Of a stretch of 64,000 bases of DNA, positions 1 through 9,025 are shown in pieces. A program made the position numbers and the translations under genes. The stretch covers positions 1 to 64,000 of IMG/VR virus record IMGVR_UViG_3300036939_000014, one strand, 5' to 3'. Under the pieces are notes generated by a model. It was not told the DNA's origin. It worked only from the letters and a program-made list of their open reading frames with translations, and did no database searches. Numbering within the stretch: position 1 is the stretch's first letter; every line of letters begins with the position of its first letter. Origin of the DNA: a virus.

Positions 1-15
1 AGTCTAAAGACAAGA

Positions 16-152
16 TTTTTAAACGGAACGTCCTCAGGTCTAATTAAGTAATAGAGTAGTTGCTTCCGTTAGCTCAAACCTATACACCATAAGCTTTAGA
101 GGTCAATTTCTAGCGAAGACTCCCTAGAGGTCAGTTCATTCGCTGCTCTGCC
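16..152 (-). ncRNA. structured repeat element E1 (candidate ncRNA)
   Basis: Minus sense: AGCGAA/TTCGCT hairpin, GAAAUUGACCUCUAAAGCUU block, ACGGAAGC..GUUCCGUUU end; 5' end may reach ~271. Confidence 0.55.
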
Positions 153-361
153 TGACATCAGGGTCTTTATTCTTGTCATCTGGCGGAAGCCTAGTCGCGT
201 CTCTTGACTAGTTGAGGGCATCTTATAAGACTCACTGTGTTATGGGTCTTCATGCCTCTTGCAAGTGCCAATGGTGAGGCGTAGAGTGTGGCACCCCACA
301 GGAATGAGCAAAAATGACTGGTGTTGTGTGATAGCACTAAGTTTTAGTGTCGTGCATCTGG

Positions 362-508
362 ATTTAAGACGGAAGCATTTAGTCTGGGTTCTAGTTAAAC
401 ATTAGTTGCTTCCGGTGAATGAAACCTATATACAGCAATGGTTAGGGGCTATTTTGGAAAGTGAGGTGAATGGCAAGTAGTTCATTCCCTGCTCACCTCA
501 CTGGGCAA
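362..508 (-). ncRNA. structured repeat element E2
   Basis: 10-bp hairpin AGTGAGGTGA/TCACCTCACT, core block, CCGGAAGC..GCUUCCGUCUU end. Confidence 0.55.
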
Positions 509-536
509 CAAAAAAGCCAGCTGTTCAGCTGGCTTT
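508..536 (-). terminator. rho-independent terminator
   Basis: AGCCAGCT-gaac-AGCTGGCT plus T6 in minus sense. Confidence 0.7.
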
Positions 537-558
537 AGGATGCGATCGCTTTAGTCTG

Positions 559-798
559 TTATCCCATTGGAGACATCCTTTTGTCTCTTAAGTACTCCTC
601 TAGGGTTCTCTCTGAAACAAAAGTTGGCTGCTCACTTAATTCAGCTATTAATTTGGCGCGAGCAAAAGCTTCTTCTTTTGTTGACTCCCACGTTTCAGGC
701 AATGGGTAGTCATAATTAGGACTTTCACGATAGATAGCAAATACTTTTGGGTCTTCAGGGGTGGTCATGGTATTGACTCTTGGGAGTGGTTTACTCAT
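559..798 (-). CDS. hypothetical protein (79 aa)
   Basis: ORF with box promoter 812-829 and terminator 508-536 on same strand; bracketed by two element copies. Confidence 0.55.
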   Translation of the reverse strand: MSKPLPRVNTMTTPEDPKVFAIYRESPNYDYPLPETWESTKEEAFARAKLIAELSEQPTFVSERTLEEYLRDKRMSPMG

Positions 799-811
799 CT
801 AGTAAAACAAT

Positions 812-829
812 ATTTTAGCTTAACGTCAA
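812..829 (-). promoter_or_regulatory. box promoter
   Basis: TTGACG-ttaagc-TAAAAT, 14 nt before ATG 798. Confidence 0.6.
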
Positions 830-847
830 TAGCTTATAGGCAAGGTC

Positions 848-1007
848 TTAAAACGGAACGTACTCTGCTTATATCTAGTTAAACACTTGTTGCTTCCGGC
901 GCTTAAAACCCATAGCCCATAAGCATTACAAGTCATTTCTGTGAGACAGCACCAGGCATACCAGTTAGTTGCCACCAGTCGCCCTCAGAATCCACTAACT
1001 CTAGCCA
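848..1007 (-). ncRNA. structured repeat element E3
   Basis: Core plus CCGGAAGCAAC...GUUCCGUUUUAA terminator-like end. Confidence 0.55.
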
Positions 1008-1119
1008 GTGCCCTCATTGTTTGGGACTTAGTGCGAGCATACAGACGGCAATGAGGCATAGACTGACTGCTGCTTGGGACTGAGCTTAAGTACCTTTAAT
1101 TGTGGGTTACTCATTGCTA

Positions 1120-1254
1120 TTTAGACGGAACCAACTGCTGTTTCTATTAGTTATACATCCTCTCGTTCCGGTGGCTCAAAGCTTTACTGCATAAGCATCA
1201 CAGGTCATTTGTGAGAGGCAACACCTCACTAGTCTGTTCCTCTGCTGCTCGCCT
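1120..1254 (-). ncRNA. structured repeat element E4
   Basis: Core plus CCGGAACGAG...GGUUCCGUCUAAA end. Confidence 0.5.
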
Positions 1255-1783
1255 TCCTTAAGGCTGTAATGAGTATTTCTGCTAGTTGTGTTAAAATTTG
1301 CAGCAAAAAATGGACTATCCAAAAATAGCCTAAAAAAATATAGCCTTATGGCTAGTATTCTTTTGTGAGTGAAATTCTCAGCGCTGAGTGTCCGGACAAT
1401 TAGAGAATGTAAGTAGACTCGTTTTTTCGTTGAATCGTATCTTGTCTTCTGCGACTGCTTTTTGACTGTTACCTTGCCAGCAAGTGTAACTTTGTTATGA
1501 CTAAACCCAAGAATCACCACATTGGGGCTATCCGGCTCGCAGTTTGTATCCCCTACTTGGACATCGAACTTCAGAGTCTCTCACAAGCAACCTTGGGGTT
1601 TACCTGTTGTTCCTCTGGCATCCCATTCAATTTTCAGGCTGAATGGAGGGGAGTCAAAAAGTCTTAGCACTTTTGTGCAGCTATCAGTTGGTACAACCAA
1701 CTGCTCTAGAGAAATGGCTCTAGCCACTGACGCTAGTTACAGAGACTATTCCAATAATAGTGGATTCTTACAGTCTTGTCAAT

Positions 1784-1800
1784 ATTGACGTTTAGTAAAA
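1784..1800 (+). promoter_or_regulatory. box promoter
   Basis: TATTGACGTTTAGTAAAAA upstream of 1840. Confidence 0.55.
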
Positions 1801-1839
1801 AATCAAAGATATTTAAATAGATGTCTTTTATCAAAATGT

Positions 1840-2694
1840 ATGATTGCTGAAAATATTTCAATGTTGAATTACAAACTAAGAAGGATTAAAAAGAAGCGGG
1901 AGAAAATTAATAAGGTCGCATTTACTGTTGATAAAGAAAACAATGAAATTAAATTAAGGTTGAGTTCATGTACATCCTTGTTTTGTTTGAGTTTACGTCT
2001 GGTAGTTTTTCTAGAACAAAATAAGTCAGAAGAAAAAAGGATGGCTTCTGAACACACAAAAGCAATTTTGATTCAATATATGGGCATAACAGACGATCAC
2101 CTCAAAAAATGGAAAGAAGAAGGAGTTAGTCTAAGTGATTTTGAGAAATTAATGTTTTGCTTAAGAACGCCAAGCGCCGTTGCAATAAGTCAAATATATT
2201 TAGACTTAGGCAGAGAAAAGTTTTTTAAAGGCTTGTTTAGAGGATTCATTCACCCTAAAGTTTTTGATTTACCAGGTGTTCTAGACTTTCCGCCTCTTGT
2301 TTTTAAGCCTACTGAAAAGCCACAGCCTGAGCATCCTAAGCCAGTAACAGTCAAGTCATCCACAAAACGCCTCAAGCGTTACCGACCTGAATATGAGGCA
2401 TTACCTCGCCACTGCAAAGAGTACGCTATCAGCTTGCGCTTACAGGCTGAATTGGGAGGATTCAGAGAAGTTTCCACTCCATCAGGCAACATCGACCTTT
2501 TGACAGCCTACAAACTCATAGAACTCAAAGCGGGCGAACGTTGGACTCATGGCATAGGTCAGTTGATAGCCTATGGTTTCCACCATCCAGATAAACAGAA
2601 AATCCTCTACCTATTCGACTACGACAACCTTGATTTAGACAACGTTCGGGCTGTATGCCAGAGCGCAAATATTGAGGTGATGCTAGAGCCATAA
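1840..2694 (+). CDS. PD-(D/E)XK nuclease-like protein
   Basis: 284 aa; C-terminal GNIDLL...IELK fits D...ExK nuclease core; full-length paralog of 27031-27885; box promoter 1784-1800. Confidence 0.5.
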   Translation: MIAENISMLNYKLRRIKKKREKINKVAFTVDKENNEIKLRLSSCTSLFCLSLRLVVFLEQNKSEEKRMASEHTKAILIQYMGITDDHLKKWKEEGVSLSDFEKLMFCLRTPSAVAISQIYLDLGREKFFKGLFRGFIHPKVFDLPGVLDFPPLVFKPTEKPQPEHPKPVTVKSSTKRLKRYRPEYEALPRHCKEYAISLRLQAELGGFREVSTPSGNIDLLTAYKLIELKAGERWTHGIGQLIAYGFHHPDKQKILYLFDYDNLDLDNVRAVCQSANIEVMLEP

Positions 2695-2716
2695 CCCACA
2701 ATCATTAAATCCGCAA

Positions 2717-2750
2717 CAAAAAAGAGGGCTAATCACTAGCCCTCTTTTGT
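2717..2750. terminator. bidirectional terminator
   Basis: A6-AGAGGGCTA-atcac-TAGCCCTCT-T4; near-identical copy at 42823-42855. Confidence 0.7.
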
Positions 2751-2765
2751 TATTCAAGCTCGACT

Positions 2766-3170
2766 CTAAAAGCTGTAATTATCTGGGCTGATTTGTCCCT
2801 CACTCACCATCTGGCTGAAGGCGTCAAACACTTCTCTACCTCTAGCTGCAAAGCCCTCTACCAGTGCAAACGCTTCATTAGGCATAAATCCTCGTGACTC
2901 TAACTCGCGCCTCACACACCAGCTGTTAGTGCTGTCGAAGATAGCCGTTAATTTACCTTTCTCAAATGCCAGTGTGACATACCAGTCACCATGCTTGATA
3001 GTGCGTTCACCTTGGCTATGGCTGATTAGTCTTGTGTTGAAGTAAAAGTTTAAAGCTTGGATGGCATAGCAGGGCATATAACCCTCAAACTTATACGCTG
3101 TGCCTTCTCCAAGGTCAAAAGCCTTATCTAGCATTACCTCTATAATGTCTATTGCTGTCTGTTCTATCAC
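2766..3170 (-). CDS. hypothetical protein (134 aa)
   Basis: GTG start; promoter 3201-3229; bidirectional terminator 2717-2750. Confidence 0.55.
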   Translation of the reverse strand: MIEQTAIDIIEVMLDKAFDLGEGTAYKFEGYMPCYAIQALNFYFNTRLISHSQGERTIKHGDWYVTLAFEKGKLTAIFDSTNSWCVRRELESRGFMPNEAFALVEGFAARGREVFDAFSQMVSEGQISPDNYSF

Positions 3171-3200
3171 TGTAAGAATTCTTGATTGCTCGCTGAATCC

Positions 3201-3229
3201 AGTATGATTTAGCTTTAGCTAAACGTCAA
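3201..3229 (-). promoter_or_regulatory. box promoter
   Basis: TTGACG-tttagc-TAAAGC; also TTGACG-17-CATACT. Confidence 0.6.
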
Positions 3230-3250
3230 CGGTATGTTTACTGGATTGTC

Positions 3251-3280
3251 TATTGACATTTAGTTAAAGATAGATATAAT
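3251..3280 (+). promoter_or_regulatory. box promoter
   Basis: TATTGACATTTAGTTAAAG; TTGACA-16-TATAAT. Confidence 0.7.
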
Positions 3281-3304
3281 GATAAAAACACAAGTAAGAA
3301 AACC

Positions 3305-3556
3305 ATGAAGACTTTTGAGCCAAGGTTAAGCGTAGGGCAAGTTGTAATTAATAAATGGGGAAGTAGAGGAGACGAAAAAAATGGTACAGTAATCTGTTTT
3401 GTCCCAGCAAATGTTAAAGCTTCAGATTTACATCCTGACTGTAAAGATAAGCTAAAAGGGCTTTATGATAGCTCAACAAAAGCCAGGTATCTAGTTCAGC
3501 TTGACAATGGAAACTATGCTCTACCTTACGCTGGAGCATTAGAAAAAAACAATTAG
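3305..3556 (+). CDS. hypothetical protein (83 aa)
   Basis: TTGACA-16-TATAAT promoter 3251-3280; strong terminator 3571-3617. Confidence 0.55.
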   Translation: MKTFEPRLSVGQVVINKWGSRGDEKNGTVICFVPANVKASDLHPDCKDKLKGLYDSSTKARYLVQLDNGNYALPYAGALEKNN

Positions 3557-3570
3557 TAAATTGCTGTGAC

Positions 3571-3617
3571 AACAATAACCTCTAGGTTGAGCTAGCCTAG
3601 AGGTTATTGTTATTTAT
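3571..3617 (+). terminator. rho-independent terminator
   Basis: 16-bp stem AACAATAACCTCTAGG/CCTAGAGGTTATTGTT followed by ATTTAT. Confidence 0.7.
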
Positions 3618-3627
3618 ACTTACTCTT

Positions 3628-5052
3628 ATGGTTGCCACTCCTGAACAAACACGCCTCAAACTGTTAGAAGCTGAAAATGAAGCGCTAAAGCTAGACAGTC
3701 TCTTAAGGAATTTAGCGACTGGTTTGGGAAGTCTCACAGGAGACAAACGTCTGGCAAATGTTGTACAACCCCCTACGCATTTAGACCATAAAGAGATTGA
3801 CTCCTGGTTCGAGTCTAATAAGTATGCTGCTAAACTTATAACGACTCCGGTAGAATATTCTACACGCAAGTGGTGTATCTATTCTTTAACGGATGAAATA
3901 GATGATAGAGGCGAAGTGGCTCAGGCAATGCAGAAGCTGATAGACTCTGTTGCGCCAATCTTTACTGAGGCTTTAATCACTGCTCTTAAGTATGGCGGCA
4001 GTGCAATTGTGATAGGTGCCCTAGATGGCATAGAAGACCCTTCTCAGCCACTAAACAAAGACCGTCTTAAGTCCCTTAAGCTCATCCGAGTAGCAGAAGC
4101 GGGAGTATCACAAGAACTACAAGTCGCCAGATGGGGGGAAAATCCGTTAGAGGCTGATTACAATATGCCAATCATGTATCAATTTGCCTCCAATGAGACA
4201 GCGTTTGTACACCCTTCCAGGCTTATCCTGTTCAATGGTATTGATGTAGGTGCAAGACGTTCTAGAGAGCAATACAACGGTTTTGGCGCGCCATTGTTGC
4301 AACGTTGCATTGGAGAGCTTAGAGACTTTACGTCTTCGATAGACTCTATTGCTTTGGCGCTTACTGATTGGAATCGTCTGGTAGTTAAGCTCAAAGGCTT
4401 AGTTGATTTAATTGCCGCTAAGAAAAAAAAAGAAGTAGAAGAAAGACTTAGGCTGTATCAATATACGTCATCCGTAATGAGTGCGTTTGTGGGTGACCCT
4501 GAAGACCAGATAGAGTATCTTAACCGCTCATTTCAGGGTGTGCGTGAGATGCTCGAAGTATTAAAGATGGACTTAGGAGCGTGTGCAATAGAACCTCACA
4601 CTACTTTCTTCAACGAGAGTCCATCAGGCAATACATCTGGCACTGACCAGATGAGAAACATTAATAGTCAGATAGCCAACTTCCAAGAGAAGGCTATCAG
4701 AAAGCAGATTGAGTACCTAATAGACCTCTGGCATCATTGCCAAGATTCACCCACTAAAGGACAACCACCAGAGTCCTATGAACTAACATTCCCTGTAGTG
4801 TACGAACTCAATGAAATCGAACGTGCAGCGCTCGAGAAGACTCAAGCTGAACGTATGGCAATACTGCTTAAGGGTAATGGCAATGAGGGCGTAATTAATC
4901 CCCTAGAGGCTGCTGAGGCGATTGCTCGTGATGTACCACTGAGCAGTGTGATTGACTTAGATGCTCGCCAGAAGGCAGCTGCTGAGGCTGCTAAGGAACT
5001 GGCAGAATTTGAGACTGAGGGTTTTGTAGTTAAGAAGCGTGAAATAGTATGA
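3628..5052 (+). CDS. putative phage portal protein
   Basis: ATG 3628 chosen because track start 3607 lies inside the upstream terminator; 474 aa; size, acidic C-terminus and sequence character resemble DUF1073-type portals; Mu-F-like gene nearby. Confidence 0.5.
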   Translation: MVATPEQTRLKLLEAENEALKLDSLLRNLATGLGSLTGDKRLANVVQPPTHLDHKEIDSWFESNKYAAKLITTPVEYSTRKWCIYSLTDEIDDRGEVAQAMQKLIDSVAPIFTEALITALKYGGSAIVIGALDGIEDPSQPLNKDRLKSLKLIRVAEAGVSQELQVARWGENPLEADYNMPIMYQFASNETAFVHPSRLILFNGIDVGARRSREQYNGFGAPLLQRCIGELRDFTSSIDSIALALTDWNRLVVKLKGLVDLIAAKKKKEVEERLRLYQYTSSVMSAFVGDPEDQIEYLNRSFQGVREMLEVLKMDLGACAIEPHTTFFNESPSGNTSGTDQMRNINSQIANFQEKAIRKQIEYLIDLWHHCQDSPTKGQPPESYELTFPVVYELNEIERAALEKTQAERMAILLKGNGNEGVINPLEAAEAIARDVPLSSVIDLDARQKAAAEAAKELAEFETEGFVVKKREIV

Positions 5053-5264
5053 AATTTACTGAATCTCAGATAACGATAGTGGTAATTGTGGGATTAGTCT
5101 CTATTCTGTTCTCATTAGCTTTATGGTTTCAGCTTTCCCAAATAAACCAAGCTAAAGAAAGAACTGCTCAATACCTAGAAGTCTGTGTGCAGGATGGCTA
5201 CAAAAAAAGTGATTGTATAATCAAATGGACAGAAGCACACAGAGTTTATTACAACAATGACTAA
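5049..5264 (+). CDS. small membrane protein
   Basis: ATGA overlap with portal stop; one hydrophobic helix IVVIVGLVSILFSLALWF. Confidence 0.5.
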   Translation: MKFTESQITIVVIVGLVSILFSLALWFQLSQINQAKERTAQYLEVCVQDGYKKSDCIIKWTEAHRVYYNND

Positions 5265-5496
5265 AGAGTTGGAAAAGGGCGCTTATTCACTGAAGCCACA
5301 CGACATTATTGTTTATAAGCATACCTTAGGCGTAGCAAGGCAATACACAATACTATCTGTAATTGTTGGCGGTTTAAATGATGAGGGATTTGTAGAATTA
5401 GAATCTAGTGTTGAACCTTCTAGAGTATTTCATTTTCCTATTGCTTTATTAGATGCAGCCATTGAATCTGGCATCTTCCAGATTTATGAAGGGTAG
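5257..5496 (+). CDS. hypothetical protein (79 aa)
   Basis: Overlap-coupled to upstream ORF. Confidence 0.5.
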   Translation: MTKELEKGAYSLKPHDIIVYKHTLGVARQYTILSVIVGGLNDEGFVELESSVEPSRVFHFPIALLDAAIESGIFQIYEG

Positions 5497-5545
5497 GAAA
5501 CAATGACTAGACAGCAAGGGAAACAAACTCTTTGTGGTTTTCATG

Positions 5546-5670
5546 TTTCCTACACTAATAGCTTTCTATTCTAGTTAACAACCTGTTGCTGTAGGTTGCT
5601 GAAAGCTATACCCAGTAAGTATCACAAGTCATTTTTGAGTGAAAGCCTCCGTCAAGTCTGTTCTGCCTAG
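5546..5670 (-). ncRNA. structured repeat element E5 (CCTAC-stem variant, no U-run)
   Basis: Core recognisable; overlaps the last codons of CDS 5629-6279 on the same strand. Confidence 0.4.
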
Positions 5671-6279
5671 CTTCAGGTTCCAATCTTCATTTCCTACTAC
5701 AGCCTCAAGAGAGCCACTCATGGTCTTGTATGCACCGTCCACTTTGACAACCAAGTGACTGACTTCTCCTTCTTCACTCAACTTGAAGGTAATATTCACT
5801 CGTTGCGAACTACATACAGTTCCACCCCCCTGTGTTTGTGTCTTGTACTGCTTTTTGCAGCGTCCACAAGTCCACTTATCTTCGCTTTCTGTACTACTGC
5901 GACTTATTGCTTTTGAAGCCTTGCAGAAGGGACATCTAGGGCGATGCTTCTTGTAATATTCCTTACGCAGAGCTTTAAGCAGTTCGTACCGTTTATTTTT
6001 GTCGAGTCCTAACCTACGCTCTGCGCGTTCTAGCTGTACACTTACCTGATTGTGTGAGTTAATGCCCAACTCATTGCGAATGTCAGCATTGCTCATCGGC
6101 TCGCACCCAAAACCGTAGAACATCACAAACACTTGGCGCTGCTGTAATGACTTAATCTTAGTGTCTATGTCATCTTGAGTCAGATTGGGGTACATCTGTT
6201 CCAAGTATTTGTGACGCAATGGAAGAGGTAGCCCTCTAATTTTTTCAGGCATGGCAGCGAGCAAGTGAGGATAACTCAT
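5629..6279 (-). CDS. sigma-70 region-4-like HTH protein with zinc ribbon
   Basis: LQQRQVFVMFYGF..SNADIRNELGI..VSVQLERAERRL resembles sigma region 4; CPFC...CGRC ribbon; flanked by element copies at both ends. Confidence 0.45.
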   Translation of the reverse strand: MSYPHLLAAMPEKIRGLPLPLRHKYLEQMYPNLTQDDIDTKIKSLQQRQVFVMFYGFGCEPMSNADIRNELGINSHNQVSVQLERAERRLGLDKNKRYELLKALRKEYYKKHRPRCPFCKASKAISRSSTESEDKWTCGRCKKQYKTQTQGGGTVCSSQRVNITFKLSEEGEVSHLVVKVDGAYKTMSGSLEAVVGNEDWNLKLGRTDLTEAFTQK

Positions 6280-6325
6280 TATGTCACACAGAATATAGCG
6301 TCATGTGATAACAGACATGAGCTTC

Positions 6326-6455
6326 ATAAAAACGGAACGTTAGTGCTGTAGTTAAGTATTAGATCTTAGGCGTTCCGGTGACTGCAACATATACAGAGTA
6401 AGGCTTTGAGGTTGATTTTGAGAAAGAGCTGAATAGAGGTTAGTTGCTGTGTGGT
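6326..6455 (-). ncRNA. structured repeat element E6
   Basis: CUCAAAAUCAACCUCAAAGCCUUACU core, CCGGAACG..CGUUCCGUUUUUAU end; directly upstream of CDS 5629-6279. Confidence 0.6.
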
Positions 6456-6457
6456 TA

Positions 6458-6478
6458 GGTTGACAGTTAGGTAAAAAC
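6458..6478 (+). promoter_or_regulatory. box promoter
   Basis: TTGACA-gttagg-TAAAAA; also 17 nt to CATAGT. Confidence 0.5.
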
Positions 6479-6865
6479 AAGGCATAGTGAAGATAGAGTT
6501 AACCAATCACAAAGATGCTAGCCAATACACTAAACACTGCATTGACGACCAAAAACTTAGATCAAGTAAGTTCGCTAAGGATAGAGATAACAGCCGAGGT
6601 GCTTAATCATCTGGGCATAATCGTGTGGAATAGTTCCCAAGGATTGGGATAAGCCCGAAGGCAATCAAGCATTGTGTGTTTCATTTTGCAAAGATAACCC
6701 ATCTTTAGGGCAGTGCTTAGACATCCTCTTTACAATGCATGACGGACATCCGCAAGTGCAGATTAATGGAGTAGCACAATCTCACTGGAGGCTCAACCAA
6801 CAGCAAAGCTAGAATGACCCCATAAGTTTGCTCGCTAACCTCTCAATAATGAGAGGTTATTTTTT

Positions 6866-7180
6866 ATGAATCACAGCACTATTGTTGCAACAAAATATAT
6901 AGATAACAAACTAACAGTAGTAGCAGAGTGCTACCAGCATGATAATGGCAAGAATGAGTGGTTCAAGTTGAACGATATCCAGACGTGGCAAGATTGGTCT
7001 GAGGACTGGTTAGCTTATCTTGATGGGGACATTGTAAAGTATGGCAAGCAGATGTTCAGGGCAATCAGCAGAATGAGAATAGAGCCATTGCACACTTGCC
7101 CTACTAAACCACTATTCGACAGTTGCGCTGTAGATTGGTCTAAAGTGGGAGAGATAATCCGCTCGCATTTTAGAACATGA
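6866..7180 (+). CDS. hypothetical protein (104 aa)
   Basis: First gene of a three-ORF overlap-coupled operon; terminator-like hairpin just upstream. Confidence 0.55.
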   Translation: MNHSTIVATKYIDNKLTVVAECYQHDNGKNEWFKLNDIQTWQDWSEDWLAYLDGDIVKYGKQMFRAISRMRIEPLHTCPTKPLFDSCAVDWSKVGEIIRSHFRT

Positions 7181-7461
7181 CAAGGCTAGTAGAGAAAGAA
7201 CTAGAAGATCGTAAAGTTTATATAGTTGCAGGTTTATTATCTTATTCTTTTGCATCTGCTTGTGATGATTATGATGGCGAACCTAAAGACTACTTAGCGG
7301 GAAAATGGGAGGAAATTATAAAAGGCTTGAATGATGTCAATTGGGTAAATGGAAAGCATGAAGGAGATTGTACTAAAGTGCCAGCATCGTGTCTAAGATG
7401 TCATATTGAAGCACTCGTTGATGAGGCTAAGGAACTACTAGTAAGTTGTGGATTGCAATGA
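7177..7461 (+). CDS. hypothetical protein (94 aa)
   Basis: ATGA overlap with upstream ORF. Confidence 0.55.
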   Translation: MTRLVEKELEDRKVYIVAGLLSYSFASACDDYDGEPKDYLAGKWEEIIKGLNDVNWVNGKHEGDCTKVPASCLRCHIEALVDEAKELLVSCGLQ

Positions 7462-7640
7462 GTAAAAATGAGTACACCGATTCAGAAATCTTCCAGAAGC
7501 CCGGTAAAGTCTTAGACGATTCAGAGTATCAAAAGATAGCTGACGAGTCCTCAGAAGCCGTAGATGCTGCGATTACGGCTCTTAGAAAAGCTGGTATGAA
7601 TAAGGCTGTAGAACTGATTGAGGCGACAGATAGTGAGTAA
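7458..7640 (+). CDS. hypothetical protein (60 aa)
   Basis: ATG 7458 overlaps upstream stop (ATGA); track start 7446 is a GTG extension. Confidence 0.45.
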   Translation: MSKNEYTDSEIFQKPGKVLDDSEYQKIADESSEAVDAAITALRKAGMNKAVELIEATDSE

Positions 7641-7834
7641 AGTTTTACAAAGTGATGGCGAGATTGATTACAAACCAGTCCCTCCAAAAAGTTCAAGAAT
7701 CGTACGCATGAAAGCGCAGTTTAAAGGACGTGGAAAACCTTTGCTGTATCCAATAGACAAAGCAGGCGATCCCGGTTTTTGAGCATGAGGCACAATCCGC
7801 TAGTAGTTTTGGATAACAATAAAATACTTAAGCA

Positions 7835-8503
7835 GTGTCATACTCTTACGACAAGAAAAGCCAGCGTTACCGCAATAAACAGACAGGTCGTTACATTCCA
7901 AAGTCCACTGTAGATAATCTGATTGCAAAGCGCATCGCTGCAATCGAGTCAGATGTCTTAACCATAGGTTCACTACTTCAGAATGACCGCATTTCATTAG
8001 AAACTTGGCAATACACTACTGCCAACACTATTCGAGAATTGCACCTACAGTCATACCTACTAGCTAGAGGCGGGAAAGCTCAGATGACACCTGAGGATTA
8101 TCTAGTAGTAGCGCGTGAGCTTAAGAAACAGTACCGCTACTTGAGAAGCTTTGCTGAGGATGTCAACCGTGGTTACAGTATCGATAAAAATGGGCGTCAG
8201 GTTCCTATGACAGTTGCTCGTTTTGAACAACGCTTAAGACTCTACGCTAAGTCAGGTAGAGCAGCAGCTAATCTAGCAGAAGAACAGAGTAATAGGCGAG
8301 CTGGCAAGGTTGCAATGTCACGTCATCTTGGAGCAACAGACAGGCACTGTAGTAGCTGCGTAAGTTATGCCTCAGCTGGCATACAGCCGCTAGGGGCTTT
8401 GCCTCTACCATGTCAACAATGTGAATGTGGCAACAATTGCTTGTGTAGTGTTCGATGGTATGGTGTGGATGATTTGCAGAGAATAGCTGACAAAGTTAGT
8501 TAA
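7835..8503 (+). CDS. putative head morphogenesis / minor capsid protein (Mu F / SPP1 gp7-like)
   Basis: 222 aa; C-terminal D..HCSSC...P.PCQQCECGNNCLC resembles the Cys-rich end of Mu F-like proteins; near portal-like gene. Confidence 0.45.
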   Translation: MSYSYDKKSQRYRNKQTGRYIPKSTVDNLIAKRIAAIESDVLTIGSLLQNDRISLETWQYTTANTIRELHLQSYLLARGGKAQMTPEDYLVVARELKKQYRYLRSFAEDVNRGYSIDKNGRQVPMTVARFEQRLRLYAKSGRAAANLAEEQSNRRAGKVAMSRHLGATDRHCSSCVSYASAGIQPLGALPLPCQQCECGNNCLCSVRWYGVDDLQRIADKVS

Positions 8504-8515
8504 TATTTTAAAATT

Positions 8516-8749
8516 ATGTCTGAAGCATTAGGTAGAGAAATTAATGAATTTTATACAAATTACTATCCACCTCACTGCTACCTTAGTGAGATGGAAGACT
8601 GGGTATTAAAATACATCCAGAAAGACGGTAGTTTGACGTTGCCAGATGACGGCTTGTTTGACATAGAGGACTTTGGTATTTTTGTCAATGAGGATACTGA
8701 AGAATCCAAAAGCTTTAGCAGTCTTTTTAAAAAATGGCGAACATCATGA
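8516..8749 (+). CDS. hypothetical protein (77 aa)
   Basis: ORF directly after 7835-8503. Confidence 0.5.
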   Translation: MSEALGREINEFYTNYYPPHCYLSEMEDWVLKYIQKDGSLTLPDDGLFDIEDFGIFVNEDTEESKSFSSLFKKWRTS

Positions 8750-8973
8750 TTAAAGAACCTATAATTCTACTAACTTGCCATGATGTTCTTGATGAAAAGT
8801 TTTATTATTGGTTTGGACTTGTATTCTTCGCTGTTCAGTTAGATATTGCTTTTATTCTTAGGACTGGCGATGTAATTACTATACAAGAGTCTCATGAGAG
8901 GCTATGGAAGTTAGAAGAATTTTATCTCAATGAAAACAATACAGTGAGTATTTATGCCATTCAAGTAGAATAA
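8734..8973 (+). CDS. hypothetical protein (79 aa)
   Basis: Overlaps upstream ORF; followed by terminator 8972-9000. Confidence 0.5.
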   Translation: MANIMIKEPIILLTCHDVLDEKFYYWFGLVFFAVQLDIAFILRTGDVITIQESHERLWKLEEFYLNENNTVSIYAIQVE

Positions 8974-9000
8974 AAGCCCTCTTAGTTAGAGGGCTTTTTC
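8972..9000. terminator. bidirectional terminator
   Basis: AAAAGCCCTCT-tagtt-AGAGGGCTTTTT. Confidence 0.75.
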
Positions 9001-9025
9001 AATAGCTCCATGAAACAGCAGCCGA

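Noticed and set aside
20-60. Reading GGAAC...CGTT in the elements as ECF-sigma -35/-10 promoters
   Set aside because: The spacing between GGAAC and CGTT is about 30 nt rather than 16-17. The two motifs are complementary arms of a hairpin that covary in other copies.
1520-1600. tRNA- or tmRNA-like start (GGGGCTATCC...GGACATCGAAC)
   Set aside because: I could not fold a cloverleaf: no matching acceptor 3' strand, no D- or T-arm consensus, no CCA context.
1176-1788. Track ORFs 1176-1520 (minus strand) and 1522-1788 (plus strand)
   Set aside because: The first overlaps element E4 and is low-complexity. The second has an odd composition and no promoter or terminator context. I treat the region as non-coding, and it is flagged in the findings.
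3607-3627. Track start (TTG 3607) for the portal-like gene; likewise 58369 for the primase, 37334 for the HNH gene, 49243 for the SSB-like gene, 21055 and 28852
   Set aside because: These are non-ATG extensions that run through upstream terminators, overlap upstream genes or cover element copies. In-frame ATGs in better context were chosen instead.
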